From positions 576,001-640,000 of the forward strand of contig CBDCXV010000010.1 in NCBI GenBank assembly GCA_965223905.1: 64,000 nucleotides of DNA, written 5' to 3'. Position numbers and translations under genes: made by a program. Below the pieces are notes generated by a model. That model did not search any database. It had not been told where the DNA came from and saw only the letters and a list, made by a program, of their open reading frames with translations. This document shows, piece after piece, positions 27,802-38,649 of this stretch. Source of the DNA: Candidatus Latescibacterota bacterium (GTDB lineage Bacteria > Latescibacterota > UBA2968 > UBA8231). The number at the start of each line of letters is the position of its first letter. Within the stretch, counting starts at the first letter, position 1.

Positions 27802-30800
27802 CTACATCTGGGTGAGGTGGTTTCCGGTGCTGCCGGCGAGAAAGTCGATCACCAGCCAGGTTCCGGCCGCGGTCGCCTCCCCCAGAATCAGCCCGATGAA
27901 GAGGGGACGCGCCGCGAGAAACACCTGCATGCCGCCGTTCCTCATGATGACGAACTTGGCCAGCCAGCCGAGAAAGACGGCGAACCAGATCTGGCCGGTC
28001 AGCCATCCGTTGGCGATCACGAAGCCGACCGGGTACAGCGGCCACCAGAAGAAGCGCTGCTGCGCGTAGATCAGGCCGGCTTCGATGGCGGCGCCGAGGC
28101 CGGTGAACCCCCAGCCACGCAGATCCGGGCCGACCGGGTGCTGGATATGCCTCGCCATGTCGTTGAACAGGCGAATCGACTGACTCTGCATGAAGAAGGT
28201 TTGCAGATTGATGCCGCCGTACGTGTAACACAGGTGCAGTATGATCCAGGTCGCCGCCAGCAGGCTGACCACCAGGGCGATGCAGATCGCCCAGAACAGT
28301 CTCCCCTTGGGGCCGCGGACGGTCTCGGCGAGCTTGAGGTTCTGGGCGCACACCACCATCGGAAACAGGCGCATCTCCGAGTGCCACAGGTAGGTGAAGG
28401 TAAGCGCCACCAGGCCCTTGGTGCCGATGAAGGCGCTGCCGAGGCCGGAGATGACGACGAACGCCGAGATCATCGGCGAGCGCGCCGTGGCCACCCCCGC
28501 GGTCGCCACCACGCGGGTAACCAGGATGTAGAAGATCAGCGCCGAGACGAGAAACATCGGCAGCACGACCAGGGGGATCCCCGACTGCCAGAGCCAGGCG
28601 CCGAGGAACAGGAGGCTGGCTGCGAACCCGAGGACCGCGGTGCGGTAGGAGATCAGCTCTTCCGAGTCGTCGACCGCCCGGCGTCCGAAGGCGTTGGACA
28701 GCACCTGCATCAGGTGGCGCCTGGCGACCCACAGGCCCCAGGCGACGAAGACCCAGCAGGCCCCGGTCGCCTGGTGGGCGAAATCGGCGGAATGCAGGGA
28801 GTAGAAGCTCAGGGTCTCCGTCGGGGCGACTCCGAACTTGCCGAACAGCGCCTTCTGCAGCACCCCGAGAATCCAGAACACCCAGATGCTCATGGTCACG
28901 TCGAGATTGACGAGGTAGGAAATCCCGATCCAGGCGTAGTTGGTGTGGAACCTGAGGATGAAGGCCCCGTCCATCAGCGACAGCACGCCGAAGCCCGGAC
29001 TGAAGACGGGAACCGCCGGGTGGTAGTGATTCAGCCCGCGCAGGCCGAGCAGCAGGAACGGCACGAGAAATCCGATCCAGGCCCAGCGGTTCCTGAAGAA
29101 GGGACCGAGCGGTGCGAAGGCCCCCTGCGAGCGCTCTATCATGTGCAGCGGCACCTGCACCATCGGGTACTCGAGCCGCTCGTGAACCGACCACTGGCGG
29201 TGGAGGATCACGTTGAGGCAGATCATCATCAGGCTCAGGGCGAGGAAGAAGAGGTACCACCAGGTCAACGGCTCGGCCCATCCCTGCCAGGGAACCTGCG
29301 TCCCCGGGGGAAGGCCCTCGTGCAACAGCTCCGCGGCCTCGACGTCGAGGACCATCCACTTCGGGACGTCCGCCAGGTACATGTCCAACCATTTGTTTTC
29401 CGGGGTGGCGTAAATAGAAGAACCCGGCGATACAGGGGATGACGTAGCCGACGAAGGCCTGGTTGGGTACCGCCGCGGCCATGGTCAGCATGACGTAGAT
29501 CAGGATCAGGTCCGCCTTGCGGAGCTCCCACCTCCTCGCCACCAGACCCAGGATCACGTTGGCGATGACGACGACGATGAAGAAGTAGAAGATGGCGATC
29601 GGAACCGTGCTGTTGATCGCCATGCTGGACCCTTTGAGCATGAAGACGCAGTAGGGAGCCCCCACCCCGACCGCCATGGCGCCGGCGGCGCCGATGGCGA
29701 CGGCCCGCCACGAGAAGGGCGACCGGGGCTGTTCGCCGCTGCTTCCCCCGATCCGTTCCCCCGTGGTTGCGGCGGGGAGGGCCGGTTCCGCAGAGGCCGG
29801 ATCCTCCGGCATCCCGGCCGCGGCTTCCAGCAGCCGCTCAGCGGTGCGACGGTGCCCGCCGCGGGTTGCGGCGGGCAGGGTGTTCCAGATCAACAGCTGC
29901 CGGCGCAGCACGTTGAAGAACGGACCGTTGAGGCGGCGCCAGTTCAGCTGCTCGCCGCTGAGGCGCTCGATCTCGATGGCGATCCCGTACATCCCCGGTG
30001 CGCCCTCCGCTGGGGCCAGCTCGATGCCCACCTCCTCGCTGACTCCGAGGTCGTACGGCGCCAGCCACATGCGGAAGTCGATGCGGTACGACGCCCCGGC
30101 CGGGGTCTGCCGCCGCTGCAGGACGATTCCCTCGGTGTACATCCTGCCCCCGACTGCCCCGCCGTGGGCGGCGAAGAAGGAGTGCAGGAAGCCGCAGGTT
30201 GCCGCGGCCTCGGACTCGCTGACGTTGAAGGGAAACGGCAAGTCCCACCGATCCCCGTCCGGGTCCGGGGGGCGCCAGCGCCGGGCCGCTTCGGGAACGG
30301 CCACCCTGGCCGCCACCCGCGCCGGATAGAGCGTCGACAGCAGCACGATCGCCATCACCGAGAGGGCGGCGACCACGGCGGATAGAGAGGAGTAGTTGAG
30401 GGTGATGCCCGAGAGCATGTCGAGGGCGATCAGCACCTTGCCGAGCCCCTGTCCCAGGAGGTACCCCATGGTCACCCCGAGAATGGCGTACACCGTCGCC
30501 TCGGCGAGGAAGAGCACGGAGATGTGGATGGGAGCCAGGCCGACCGAGGAGTAGATGCCGATTTCGCGGAAGCGCTCGTACACGGCGCCGAGCATGGCGT
30601 TGAGGACGATCATCGCCGCGATCACCGCCGGTATCGCCAGGGCTCCCAGCCCCTGGACCGAGGTCAACCCGACGGAGCTGTAGCGGTACACGGAGATGCC
30701 GCCTTCGTCGTCGGGGATTCCGGCGTACATGAAGGCGGCGACGCGCAGCAGGTACTTCTCGATGAGCTCGACCGGCCGTGAATCTTCGCGGAAGCGCGCC

Positions 30801-33800
30801 GCCACCGAGTGCAGCGCCCCCCCGAAGTCCTGCTGCGTCCGGTTCGGGGTGATGAGGACGTTGGCGGCCGGCAGGTGCAGGGCCGCGGTCATCTCCACGA
30901 CCGCCTCCTCTTCCCCCTCCATCCCCTCCTCCAGCAGTTCGTCGAGGGGATCGAAGGCGGCTACGCGGGTGTCGATCGGGGTCAGGCTGCCGCCGTCGAG
31001 GTCGCGCACGTCGTCGAGAGCCGCGGCGGAAAAAATCCCGCGCACCACGAGGTCGCGGCCGAACACGCTGACGCGGACCGAGCCGACGTCCGCGGCGGAG
31101 ATGCCGAGTGCCTCCGCCATTTCGTCCGGCAGCAGGCAGGTCGCCTCGTCCCCCTCCTCGAAGAAGCTGCCGGCGACGAGGCCGCGGTCGACGCCGGTCA
31201 CCAGGCGCTCGCCGGGGGCGAGCCCGATCATCCCGAGGGCGCGGGCAATCTTCTTCCCGCGGCGCACCTCGACGTAGTTGACGCTCCCCTTGTTGCCGGA
31301 ATGCCAGTAGCGCGGCACCAGGACCGCGGCGGCGCCGAAGTGGGACCGGGCGTAGTCCCAGGCGGGGTAGCTCAGCATCCCCCAGTTGCGGTCGCGGATC
31401 AGCAGGCCCTCGCGCTCCCCTTCGAAGGGAGCCGGCAACCCCACGAAGCGGATACGATCCTCGAACGAGGTGAACGACAGCACCGAGAAGGTCAGCAGCG
31501 TCAGGGTGATCAGCGTCATCGCCGTGCGCAGCTTGCGGCGCCTCATGTTCGAAATGCCGAGCATGAAGGCGACGTACGCCGCCCCGAACCGCGATACGTC
31601 CGCCCTGTGCACCTGCGCCACCCGGGACCGGTATTCCGCCGCGGTCTTGTTGAAGCGGGCGCTTACCATCCACATCACCAGGATCGCCATGGCCATGATC
31701 GTAAACGCCAGCACGATCACCAGCGGATGGGCGAGGTCGAAGGCAGGATGCACCTGGGAGATGATCATCCAGATCAGCAGCACCAGCGTCGCCAGGCCGA
31801 GAAGCTGGCGGCGGATATCCGCGGCGGCGAAGAACAGACGCTCGCCGAAGAAGGCGGCGGGAACGACCAGCGCCAGGAAGAAGACCATTCCCTTGATCAC
31901 GTCGTTGAGGGTCTTGAGGATCTGGGGATAGACGCGCGCCTCGAGGCCCAGGGCCTCCCGCGCCCGGGCGACGTAGCGGTCCCAACGCAACTCCGCGGCA
32001 GCCTCGGCGGCCTCGTCCAGCAGCTCCCCGGCGCCCTGGTGAAGGCGCTCGAGACTGCGGCTGCCGATCGAGTGTTCGCGGAGCTGCACGAGCCGCTGCT
32101 CGTCGAGCTCCCACATGTCGCGAGCCGCTTTCTCCGTCAGCCGGGTCAGGGGTTCCTCGCCCAGGGAGTAGCCGATGCCGCGGGCCTCCTCCTCGCTGCC
32201 GTGCCCCTGGCTGTTGAGCAGCATCAGGCGCTGATCCAGCAGCCCGCCGAACAGGAACCGCAGGCGGTTCTCCTCGCCCCCCAGGGCCGGCCCGAACAGG
32301 ACTCCGGCTGGTTCTTCCGGGTACTTGCTGAGCAGGAACCCGAACTGCCGCGGCTCGGCGCCGCCCTGGTCCATAACGGTCGGGCCGCCGTACCCCAGCA
32401 GCGACCGCGGACTTATGAGGGAGTAGATCTCACGGCCCCGGGTCTTGAACAGCACGATCGTGCGGATGTTGATCGACCGGGTCGCTGCGGCCCCGAGATA
32501 GCCGTTGGGCAGCGGTTTCCCGTGGTGCTGGGAGGCGCGCTTGGCGAGGTCGGGCGCCGCGTGGATCGCCCCGGACCGCGGGTCGAGCTCGAAGGCGGCG
32601 AGCTTCTCCACCGTGGAGGGAATCCCCCTGAAGACGGCGTTGCCGTCTCCGTCGGCGATTGCCACGCGCTGCCCGTGCACCCCGGTCTCCTGCTTGTCGT
32701 AGGTGTTGACTACCACCAGTGCACCGGGCACGGGGCGGTCCGGAGTCTGACTGCGCCGGGGATACTGCCGCGCCTGGACGATGAGATCCCCATCCGGTCC
32801 TTGACGACTCCGGCCAGGGCGGCGCGTCCGGACGACAGCTCCGGGTCGTTGAGGATCCCGACGAGCATCCGCTTCAGCAGCGCCACCTGGCGGTCGAGGT
32901 TGCCGGTATCGACGCCGCGGTCGAGGGGGGTGGCCTCCGACTGCCGGCTGTCGTTGACCGTGGCCAGGGTGAGGGCAGGCACTCCCGCGGCGTGGGCCCA
33001 TGCGGCGTCCGGGTTGATTCCCCCAGGTGCGAGGGATTCCCAGCTCCTGCCGCGCACCGGACTGACGCCGTTGACGAGAGCGCGCTCGTCAGCTCTGCCC
33101 AGCTCCCCTGCGGCCGCTTCGCCGCGGGCCATGAAGATGCGGGAGTACGGGAGGAAGAAGCGCCGCAGCTCGTCGCCGGCCAGGTTGTTCCATACCCCCA
33201 GCTGGTCGCTGCCCCCGGAGAGGTCGAATCCGACGAAAAGGCCGATGTCGAGCGGCTCCCCGTAGCGGGCGGAGTACTCCGTGAGTGCGCGCGCGCCGGT
33301 TGACGAAGTCGATGATCCCCTGCTGCGCCTGGTAATGGGCGGAGGTGGCGAGAAAGAGGACGCTGTGCGCAGGACGGTGCTCGACGAGATGGCGCGCGGT
33401 TTCGAGCAGGGCGGCGATCCCACAGGCCGCGGTCCCACCCGGGGCCAGCGCCGGGACCACCGAGGCGGCGTCGTAGTATGCCTGCAGCACCACCGTCTCT
33501 TCGGAAAGCTTGGGGTCGGCGCCCTCCAGGACCGCGGTCAGGTTCCACGCCGGACGCATCTCCCAGTCCATGCGCCCGCGCAGGGTTACCTCCAACTCCC
33601 CTCCTTCATCGAGGCGCCGGCGCAGCCGCTGCCCGGAGCGGTCGTCGATCCAGAAGCGCGGAACATCGAGGGGTGCGACCGCGTACTTGCGCTGGGCCTG
33701 GCGGACCGTCGTCTCCCCCGGCTCGATGAAGAGAACGGCCGCGGCCCCGAGGGAGGCCGGCCGCAGCCAGTTGAGGCCGCTGTTGAACTCCATGAGAACG

Positions 33801-34210
33801 GCGCGGCCCTCGAGCTCGCGCCCGTTCAGCTCCGCCCACTCGCCGCTGCCGGCGTACACCAGCGGCAGGCGCAGGCCTGCGGGGGGAAGGGTGGGGGTGC
33901 GCACGAGGTTGGGCCACATGCACAGGAGGGGAATCGACAGGCCGGTCTCTTCGACCGCGAGGGAGGCGCCGCGGTCCACCGGCATGCCGACCGGGTACTC
34001 CTGTCGGCGCACGTCGGTCAGCCCGAGATCGCGGAAGCGGTCTTCGATCAGGCCGGCAGCCGCGGCGGCGCCCGGATAACCGACGGCGCGCGAGCCGTTC
34101 GAGGTCAGGAATTCAATGTCGGCGGTGAGCCGGGCGGCCTGGTCGGCGGCCGCGGCCGCGGCGAGCGAAAGGCAGAGGGCCGCGGCGAACAGGAGGCCGG
34201 CTGCCCCCAT
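27802..34210 (-). CDS. Giant fusion: signal peptide, M28/PA-like ectodomain, MacB/FtsX permease, DUF6785/6784 membrane domain (three single-base frameshifts near 33280, 32790 and 29412)
   Basis: Stitched from ORFs 33089..34450, 32710..33438, 26054..33001 and 27802..29388. Motifs: GSRAVGYPG, NMRRRKLRT, VYERFREIGIYSSVGLAP, FYYATPEN, HERLEYP, WWPLYPVGF. No stop codon between the FtsX part and the DUF6785 N-terminus. Confidence 0.7.
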
Positions 34211-34260
34211 GCCGCGGGATGATACGCCGCTCCCGGGCCCGAGGCCTCGGGACGGCTCCC

Positions 34261-35148
34261 TCACTTCGGGGCGGGCAGGCGCTCGAGCAGCTCCTCCATC
34301 CACTCGTCCGCTCCCATGTGGCCGGCGAACCCGGCCTCGATATCGGCCTCGGTGTGGGAATCGGAGCCGCCGGTCGACACCAGGCCGTGCTCGACGCAGT
34401 AGGCCCGGTAGAACGGTGTGAATTCCGGCGGGACCATGGGATGGGCGCACTCGATGCCGTCGAAGCCGATCTCCTCCCGCAGGGCGTCGATGCGGGTGCG
34501 GTCCCCCTGGTCGAAGCTGTCGTGGGGATGGGCGATCGACACCACCGCTCCCAGTCCCCTGACCGCGGGAACCACCTCGGCCACCGGGGGATACGGGGGC
34601 GCCTCCCCCAACTGCTTTGCCCTGGCCCGGAACCCGGCGAACTCGTCATCGCCACCGATCTTGCCGGTTTCCAGCAGGTATCGGCGCAGCGCATCCCCCT
34701 TTACCTGGGTGAGCCCGTGCCGGTCGACGATGTCGCCGGGTCGGTAGGTCCTGGCGATGTCCATGAGACCGTTCTCGTCGATGTCGCAACCCTGCTCGCG
34801 CAGGCCCCTGACGAGGGCCCGGCCCATCTCGGTCCGCCATTCCCTGTAGGTGTGCAGCAGTTCCCGCAGCTCCGGTGGTTGCGAAAGCGGGAAGCCGTAG
34901 CAAAGAAGATCGACCTCCCCGATCGAGGTCTCGACGGTCAGCTCCGCCGCGGGGATCGGGGTCACTTCCGGGTAGCCGGCCGCGGCTTCGAGTAGTTCCG
35001 CGAGCGAATCGAGGTGGTAATGCTCGGTGAGGGCCATCCAGCGAACCCCGAGCTTTCGGGCCTGGCGGAGGTGGCTCTCCGGAGCCGCGGAGGCGTCGTG
35101 GCTCCAGTAGCTGTGAAGGTGCAGATCGTAGGTCGCGCGGGTGTTCAT
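34261..35148 (-). CDS. PHP-domain phosphoesterase
   Basis: DLHLHS..S.D, ALTEH, AHPH, DGIEC, TGGSDSH. Confidence 0.85.
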   Translation of the reverse strand: MNTRATYDLHLHSYWSHDASAAPESHLRQARKLGVRWMALTEHYHLDSLAELLEAAAGYPEVTPIPAAELTVETSIGEVDLLCYGFPLSQPPELRELLHTYREWRTEMGRALVRGLREQGCDIDENGLMDIARTYRPGDIVDRHGLTQVKGDALRRYLLETGKIGGDDEFAGFRARAKQLGEAPPYPPVAEVVPAVRGLGAVVSIAHPHDSFDQGDRTRIDALREEIGFDGIECAHPMVPPEFTPFYRAYCVEHGLVSTGGSDSHTEADIEAGFAGHMGADEWMEELLERLPAPK

Positions 35149-35174
35149 TTGCGGATGCCCGGCAGCTGAATCCC

Positions 35175-37223
35175 GTGCCCTGGAACGGCTGTCACTCCGC
35201 CGCCGTTCCGGCGGCCAACAGGTGGGGGCGAACTTTCGTTGCCACGGGTTTGGGGGGAGCCTTGATTTACGAAGAGCGGGCATCAACATACCCTATGGGC
35301 GTCTGGCGATCAACCGATTTGAAACCTGTTCCGCCTCCCCTCGCCTCCCCTGTAATCGACATCTTCCGGGGCCTGTTTCCCGCTCTGGCGATGTTGCTTT
35401 GGGCGACCGACCCGGCGCCATGCCGGCCTCTGCAGGCATCCAACCATGAAATGGCGTCCCTGCTGGAACATATCGCGTCCGCGGCCGACCCGGCCGGGAA
35501 CGAGTACCTGAACGCCGAGCGGGCGCTACGGCTGCGGCAGCAGCTTGCCGACACGCTGACCGCCGGGACCGGGCTCGAAGCGGAGATCGCCGTTCGCCTG
35601 GCTCTGGGTGCGGAGTTGCTTCGCGCCGGTCTCACCGAAGAGGCAATCGCCGAGCTCGAGCAGCTCCGTGAACCCGCCGGGAGGGTGCGCGACGCCAGGT
35701 CGCGAAAGCTGTCACGCCGGATCCTCCTCGACATGCTGGGAGTATCGTACCTGAGACTCGGGGAGCAGCAGAACTGCCTTCTCGCGCACACCTCCGCCTC
35801 CTGCATTCTTCCGGTTTCCGCCGCGGGAGTGCACGTGAGGCCCCGGGGTTCACGCACCGCAATCTCCCACTACGGCAGTCTCCTCGCCGAGCACCCGGAC
35901 GATCTCGGTGCCTTCTGGCTCATCAACCTTGCCCACATGACCCTCGGGGAGCACCCGCAAGGAGTGCCTGCCGCCTGGCTGATTCCTCCGGAGACCTTCG
36001 CCTCCGACGGCGTCGTCGGCAGGTTCCGCGACGTCGCACCGCACAGTGGCCTGACCGCCACCGGCCTATCCGGGGGCAGCATCATGGAGGACTTCAACGG
36101 GGACGGTTTTCTCGACGTCATGGCCTCGTCCTGGGGACTCCGCGACCCGTTGCGCTATTTCCGCAGCAATGGAGACGGCAGCTTTTCCGAGCACACCGAG
36201 CGAGCCGGCCTGGTCGGACAGGTGGGCGGGCTCAACCTCACCCACGCCGACTTCGACAACGACGGGGACCGCGATGTCCTCGTGCTGCGCGGGGCGTGGC
36301 TGGACGAACACGGCCTCCACCCCAACAGCCTCCTGCAGAACGATTCCCACGGTTTCTTCACCGACGTGACCCGGGCCTCCGGCCTGCTCTCATTCCACCC
36401 CACCCACGCGGCCGCCTGGGGAGACTACGACAACGACGGCTGGCTCGATCTCTTCGCCGGCGCTTTCGAGTTCGAGAGCGCCGCGGACATCGTCGACCTC
36501 TATTTCGACAATCCGAGTGTCATCGATCGTCCGCGACTCTATCACAACGAGGGAGACAGGACCTTCACCGACGTTACCGAGGCGGCGGGGATGCACCGCA
36601 CCATCGCCGCCATGGGGGCCAACTTCGGCGACCTCGACAACGATGGATTCCTCGATTGCTACATCGGGACCGGTCACCCGCAGATGCGCGCCCTGCTGCC
36701 GAACCGCATGTTCCGCAACGCCGGGGGCGCTTTCTTTGAGGACGTCACCTCGTCGGGCGGTTTCGGCCATCTGCAGAAAGGCCACGCCGTTTCCTTCGGC
36801 GATATCGACAACGACGGAGACCAGGACATCTACCAGGTGATCGGCGGGGCTTACTCGGGGGACGTGTACCAGGACGTCCTGTTCGAGAATCCCGGACACG
36901 GAAACAGCTGGCTCGCCTTGCAACTCGAAGGGGTGCACTCCAATCGCGACGGCATCGGCGCGGTCATAACCGCGCACGTCCGCGAGCACGGGGAGCCGCG
37001 GCGCATCTACCTCACCGTGGGAACAGGTGGGAGCTTCGGCTCCTCCAGCCTGCAGCAGGAGATCGGGCTGGGATCGGCGGAAGTGGTCGAACGCCTGGAG
37101 ATCGCCTGGCCTGCGGGCACCCGGCAGAGCTTCTCGAAAGTAGAAGCGAACCAGTTCCTCAAGGTTGTCGAGGGTTCCCCCGAGCCGATCCGGCTCGAAA
37201 AAAGGAGGTTCACTTTTCGATGA
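35175..37223 (+). CDS. CRTAC1-family FG-GAP/VCBS repeat protein with ASPIC/UnbV C-terminus; true start probably later
   Basis: DFNGDGFLD, DFDNDGDRD, DYDNDGWLD, DLDNDGFLD and DIDNDGDQD repeats; SNRDGIGA, GGSFGSS, EIGLG, WPAG. Confidence 0.85.
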   Translation: MPWNGCHSAAVPAANRWGRTFVATGLGGALIYEERASTYPMGVWRSTDLKPVPPPLASPVIDIFRGLFPALAMLLWATDPAPCRPLQASNHEMASLLEHIASAADPAGNEYLNAERALRLRQQLADTLTAGTGLEAEIAVRLALGAELLRAGLTEEAIAELEQLREPAGRVRDARSRKLSRRILLDMLGVSYLRLGEQQNCLLAHTSASCILPVSAAGVHVRPRGSRTAISHYGSLLAEHPDDLGAFWLINLAHMTLGEHPQGVPAAWLIPPETFASDGVVGRFRDVAPHSGLTATGLSGGSIMEDFNGDGFLDVMASSWGLRDPLRYFRSNGDGSFSEHTERAGLVGQVGGLNLTHADFDNDGDRDVLVLRGAWLDEHGLHPNSLLQNDSHGFFTDVTRASGLLSFHPTHAAAWGDYDNDGWLDLFAGAFEFESAADIVDLYFDNPSVIDRPRLYHNEGDRTFTDVTEAAGMHRTIAAMGANFGDLDNDGFLDCYIGTGHPQMRALLPNRMFRNAGGAFFEDVTSSGGFGHLQKGHAVSFGDIDNDGDQDIYQVIGGAYSGDVYQDVLFENPGHGNSWLALQLEGVHSNRDGIGAVITAHVREHGEPRRIYLTVGTGGSFGSSSLQQEIGLGSAEVVERLEIAWPAGTRQSFSKVEANQFLKVVEGSPEPIRLEKRRFTFR

Positions 37224-38002
37224 GATTGAAAGAAGACCAGCTGCGTCAGTTCGCAACCGAAGGCTGGGTGTTCCTTCCCGATCTCTTTACCCCCGAAGAG
37301 GTCGGGGTTCTGAAAGCGGAACTGCCGGTGATCTTCGCCATGAACCGGGAGGAGGTCTGGCGCGAGAAGGATGGCGAGGCAGTGCGCACGGCGTTCGCCG
37401 CCCATACCTACAACGAGGTCTTCGCCCGCCTGGGACGCCATCCGCGCCTGATCGGGCCGGTAATGCAACTCCTCGACGGACCAGTGTACATGCACCAGTA
37501 CAAAATCAACGGCAAGGCGGCCTTCAGCGGCGATGTCTGGCAGTGGCACCAGGACTACGGAACCTGGGCGCGGGACGACCAGATGCCGGAACCGAGGGCG
37601 ATGAACATAGCCGTCTTCCTCGACGAGGTGAGCGAATTCAACGGCCCCCTGTACATCATTCCGCGCAGCCACAGGCAGGGAGTGATCGAGGCGGGCCACG
37701 ATACCCTGACGACCTCGTATCCGCTTTGGACCCTCGACCAGCAAACGGTTGCCCGGCTGGCTGACGAAGGGGGGATCGAGGCGCCCAAAGGGAAGGCGGG
37801 CGCCGTCCTGATGTTCCACTCGAACATCGTGCACGCCTCGCCTGCGAACATAAGCCCCTGGGGGCGGGTGATCGTCTATCTCAGCCTGTGCCGCGTCGAC
37901 AACCACATCCGCCGGTTCAAACGACCGGAGTGGATCGCCCACCGCGACTTCAGGCCGATCGATCCGCTGAACGACGACTGCCTGCTGCGGCCAGGGCGGT
38001 GA
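37220..38002 (+). CDS. PhyH-family dioxygenase of the ectoine/proline hydroxylase-like group
   Basis: HQYKINGK, WQWHQDYGTW..DD.MP, NGPLYIIPRSH, HAS..NISPW.R; ATGA overlap with the upstream gene. Confidence 0.8.
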   Translation: MRLKEDQLRQFATEGWVFLPDLFTPEEVGVLKAELPVIFAMNREEVWREKDGEAVRTAFAAHTYNEVFARLGRHPRLIGPVMQLLDGPVYMHQYKINGKAAFSGDVWQWHQDYGTWARDDQMPEPRAMNIAVFLDEVSEFNGPLYIIPRSHRQGVIEAGHDTLTTSYPLWTLDQQTVARLADEGGIEAPKGKAGAVLMFHSNIVHASPANISPWGRVIVYLSLCRVDNHIRRFKRPEWIAHRDFRPIDPLNDDCLLRPGR

Positions 38003-38221
38003 AACCTTCCAGTCGGCAGCATGGTCTCCGATTCGGTGCCCTTTTCTTCCGGGAGAAAGGAGCGGTCAGGCGGGGACGGATACTTCACTTTCTTATACTT
38101 CACCGGGAGCCTTCGACCCCAAGGCAACTTTAGTGGAACGGTTCGGAAATCGGGTTGCTCCCCATAAGTTTCTTGCAGGGCCCTGAGGAACTTCATACCG
38201 CCGCCGCCCTCAACGGCTTGC

Positions 38222-38260
38222 AAGAAAAAGGGTCCGGTCGCATGTCGCGACCGGACCCTT
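38222..38260 (-). terminator. Intrinsic terminator downstream of the tRNA
   Basis: 14-bp stem AAGGGTCCGGTCGC/GCGACCGGACCCTT with a T tract on the minus strand. Confidence 0.85.
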
Positions 38261-38263
38261 ATC

Positions 38264-38339
<76 letters not shown>

Positions 38340-38354
38340 TGTATCTGGTCAGCT

Positions 38355-38383
38355 AGCCTACAGGGGCCCTGAAATACTGTCAA
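38355..38383 (-). promoter_or_regulatory. Sigma70-type promoter for tRNA-Thr
   Basis: TTGACA-17 bp-TAGGCT just upstream of the tRNA. Confidence 0.75.
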
Positions 38384-38402
38384 GGAACCCGGGGAACGCA
38401 GT

Positions 38403-38639
38403 TCAATTCATAGGGGTGCGGTACTGCAGCCCCGCGGTAGCCGACCGCGCCGCGTAAGCCAGCATCTCCTCCTGCAGCTCGATCGGAAGACCCGCAAGTT
38501 CGACCTGGGCGGCACTTCCCGGGATATCCCGGCGCGTGCAAACCCAGTGCCCCTCCTCCTGCCTCCAGCGCAGCGGCGGAGCGGTGCCGGGTCCCCGCGA
38601 GTAGAAATCCTCGCCTTCGGAATAAACTTCGAGGTTCAT
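38403..38639 (-). CDS. Small hypothetical protein
   Basis: ATG after AGGAGAAG, directly downstream of the Rid-like gene; 78 aa. Confidence 0.55.
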   Translation of the reverse strand: MNLEVYSEGEDFYSRGPGTAPPLRWRQEEGHWVCTRRDIPGSAAQVELAGLPIELQEEMLAYAARSATAGLQYRTPMN

Positions 38640-38649
38640 CTTCTCCTGC

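Noticed and set aside
26054-33001. The 2315-aa ORF as a single real protein
   Set aside because: Only about 32790-29412 is the true frame; both ends are off-frame readthrough created by indels.
27802-34210. Programmed ribosomal frameshifting in the giant gene
   Set aside because: I saw no canonical slippery heptamers, and the same indel pattern affects unrelated housekeeping genes.
37220-38002. ectD and ectoine pathway
   Set aside because: The EctD signature is not matched and ectABC are absent.
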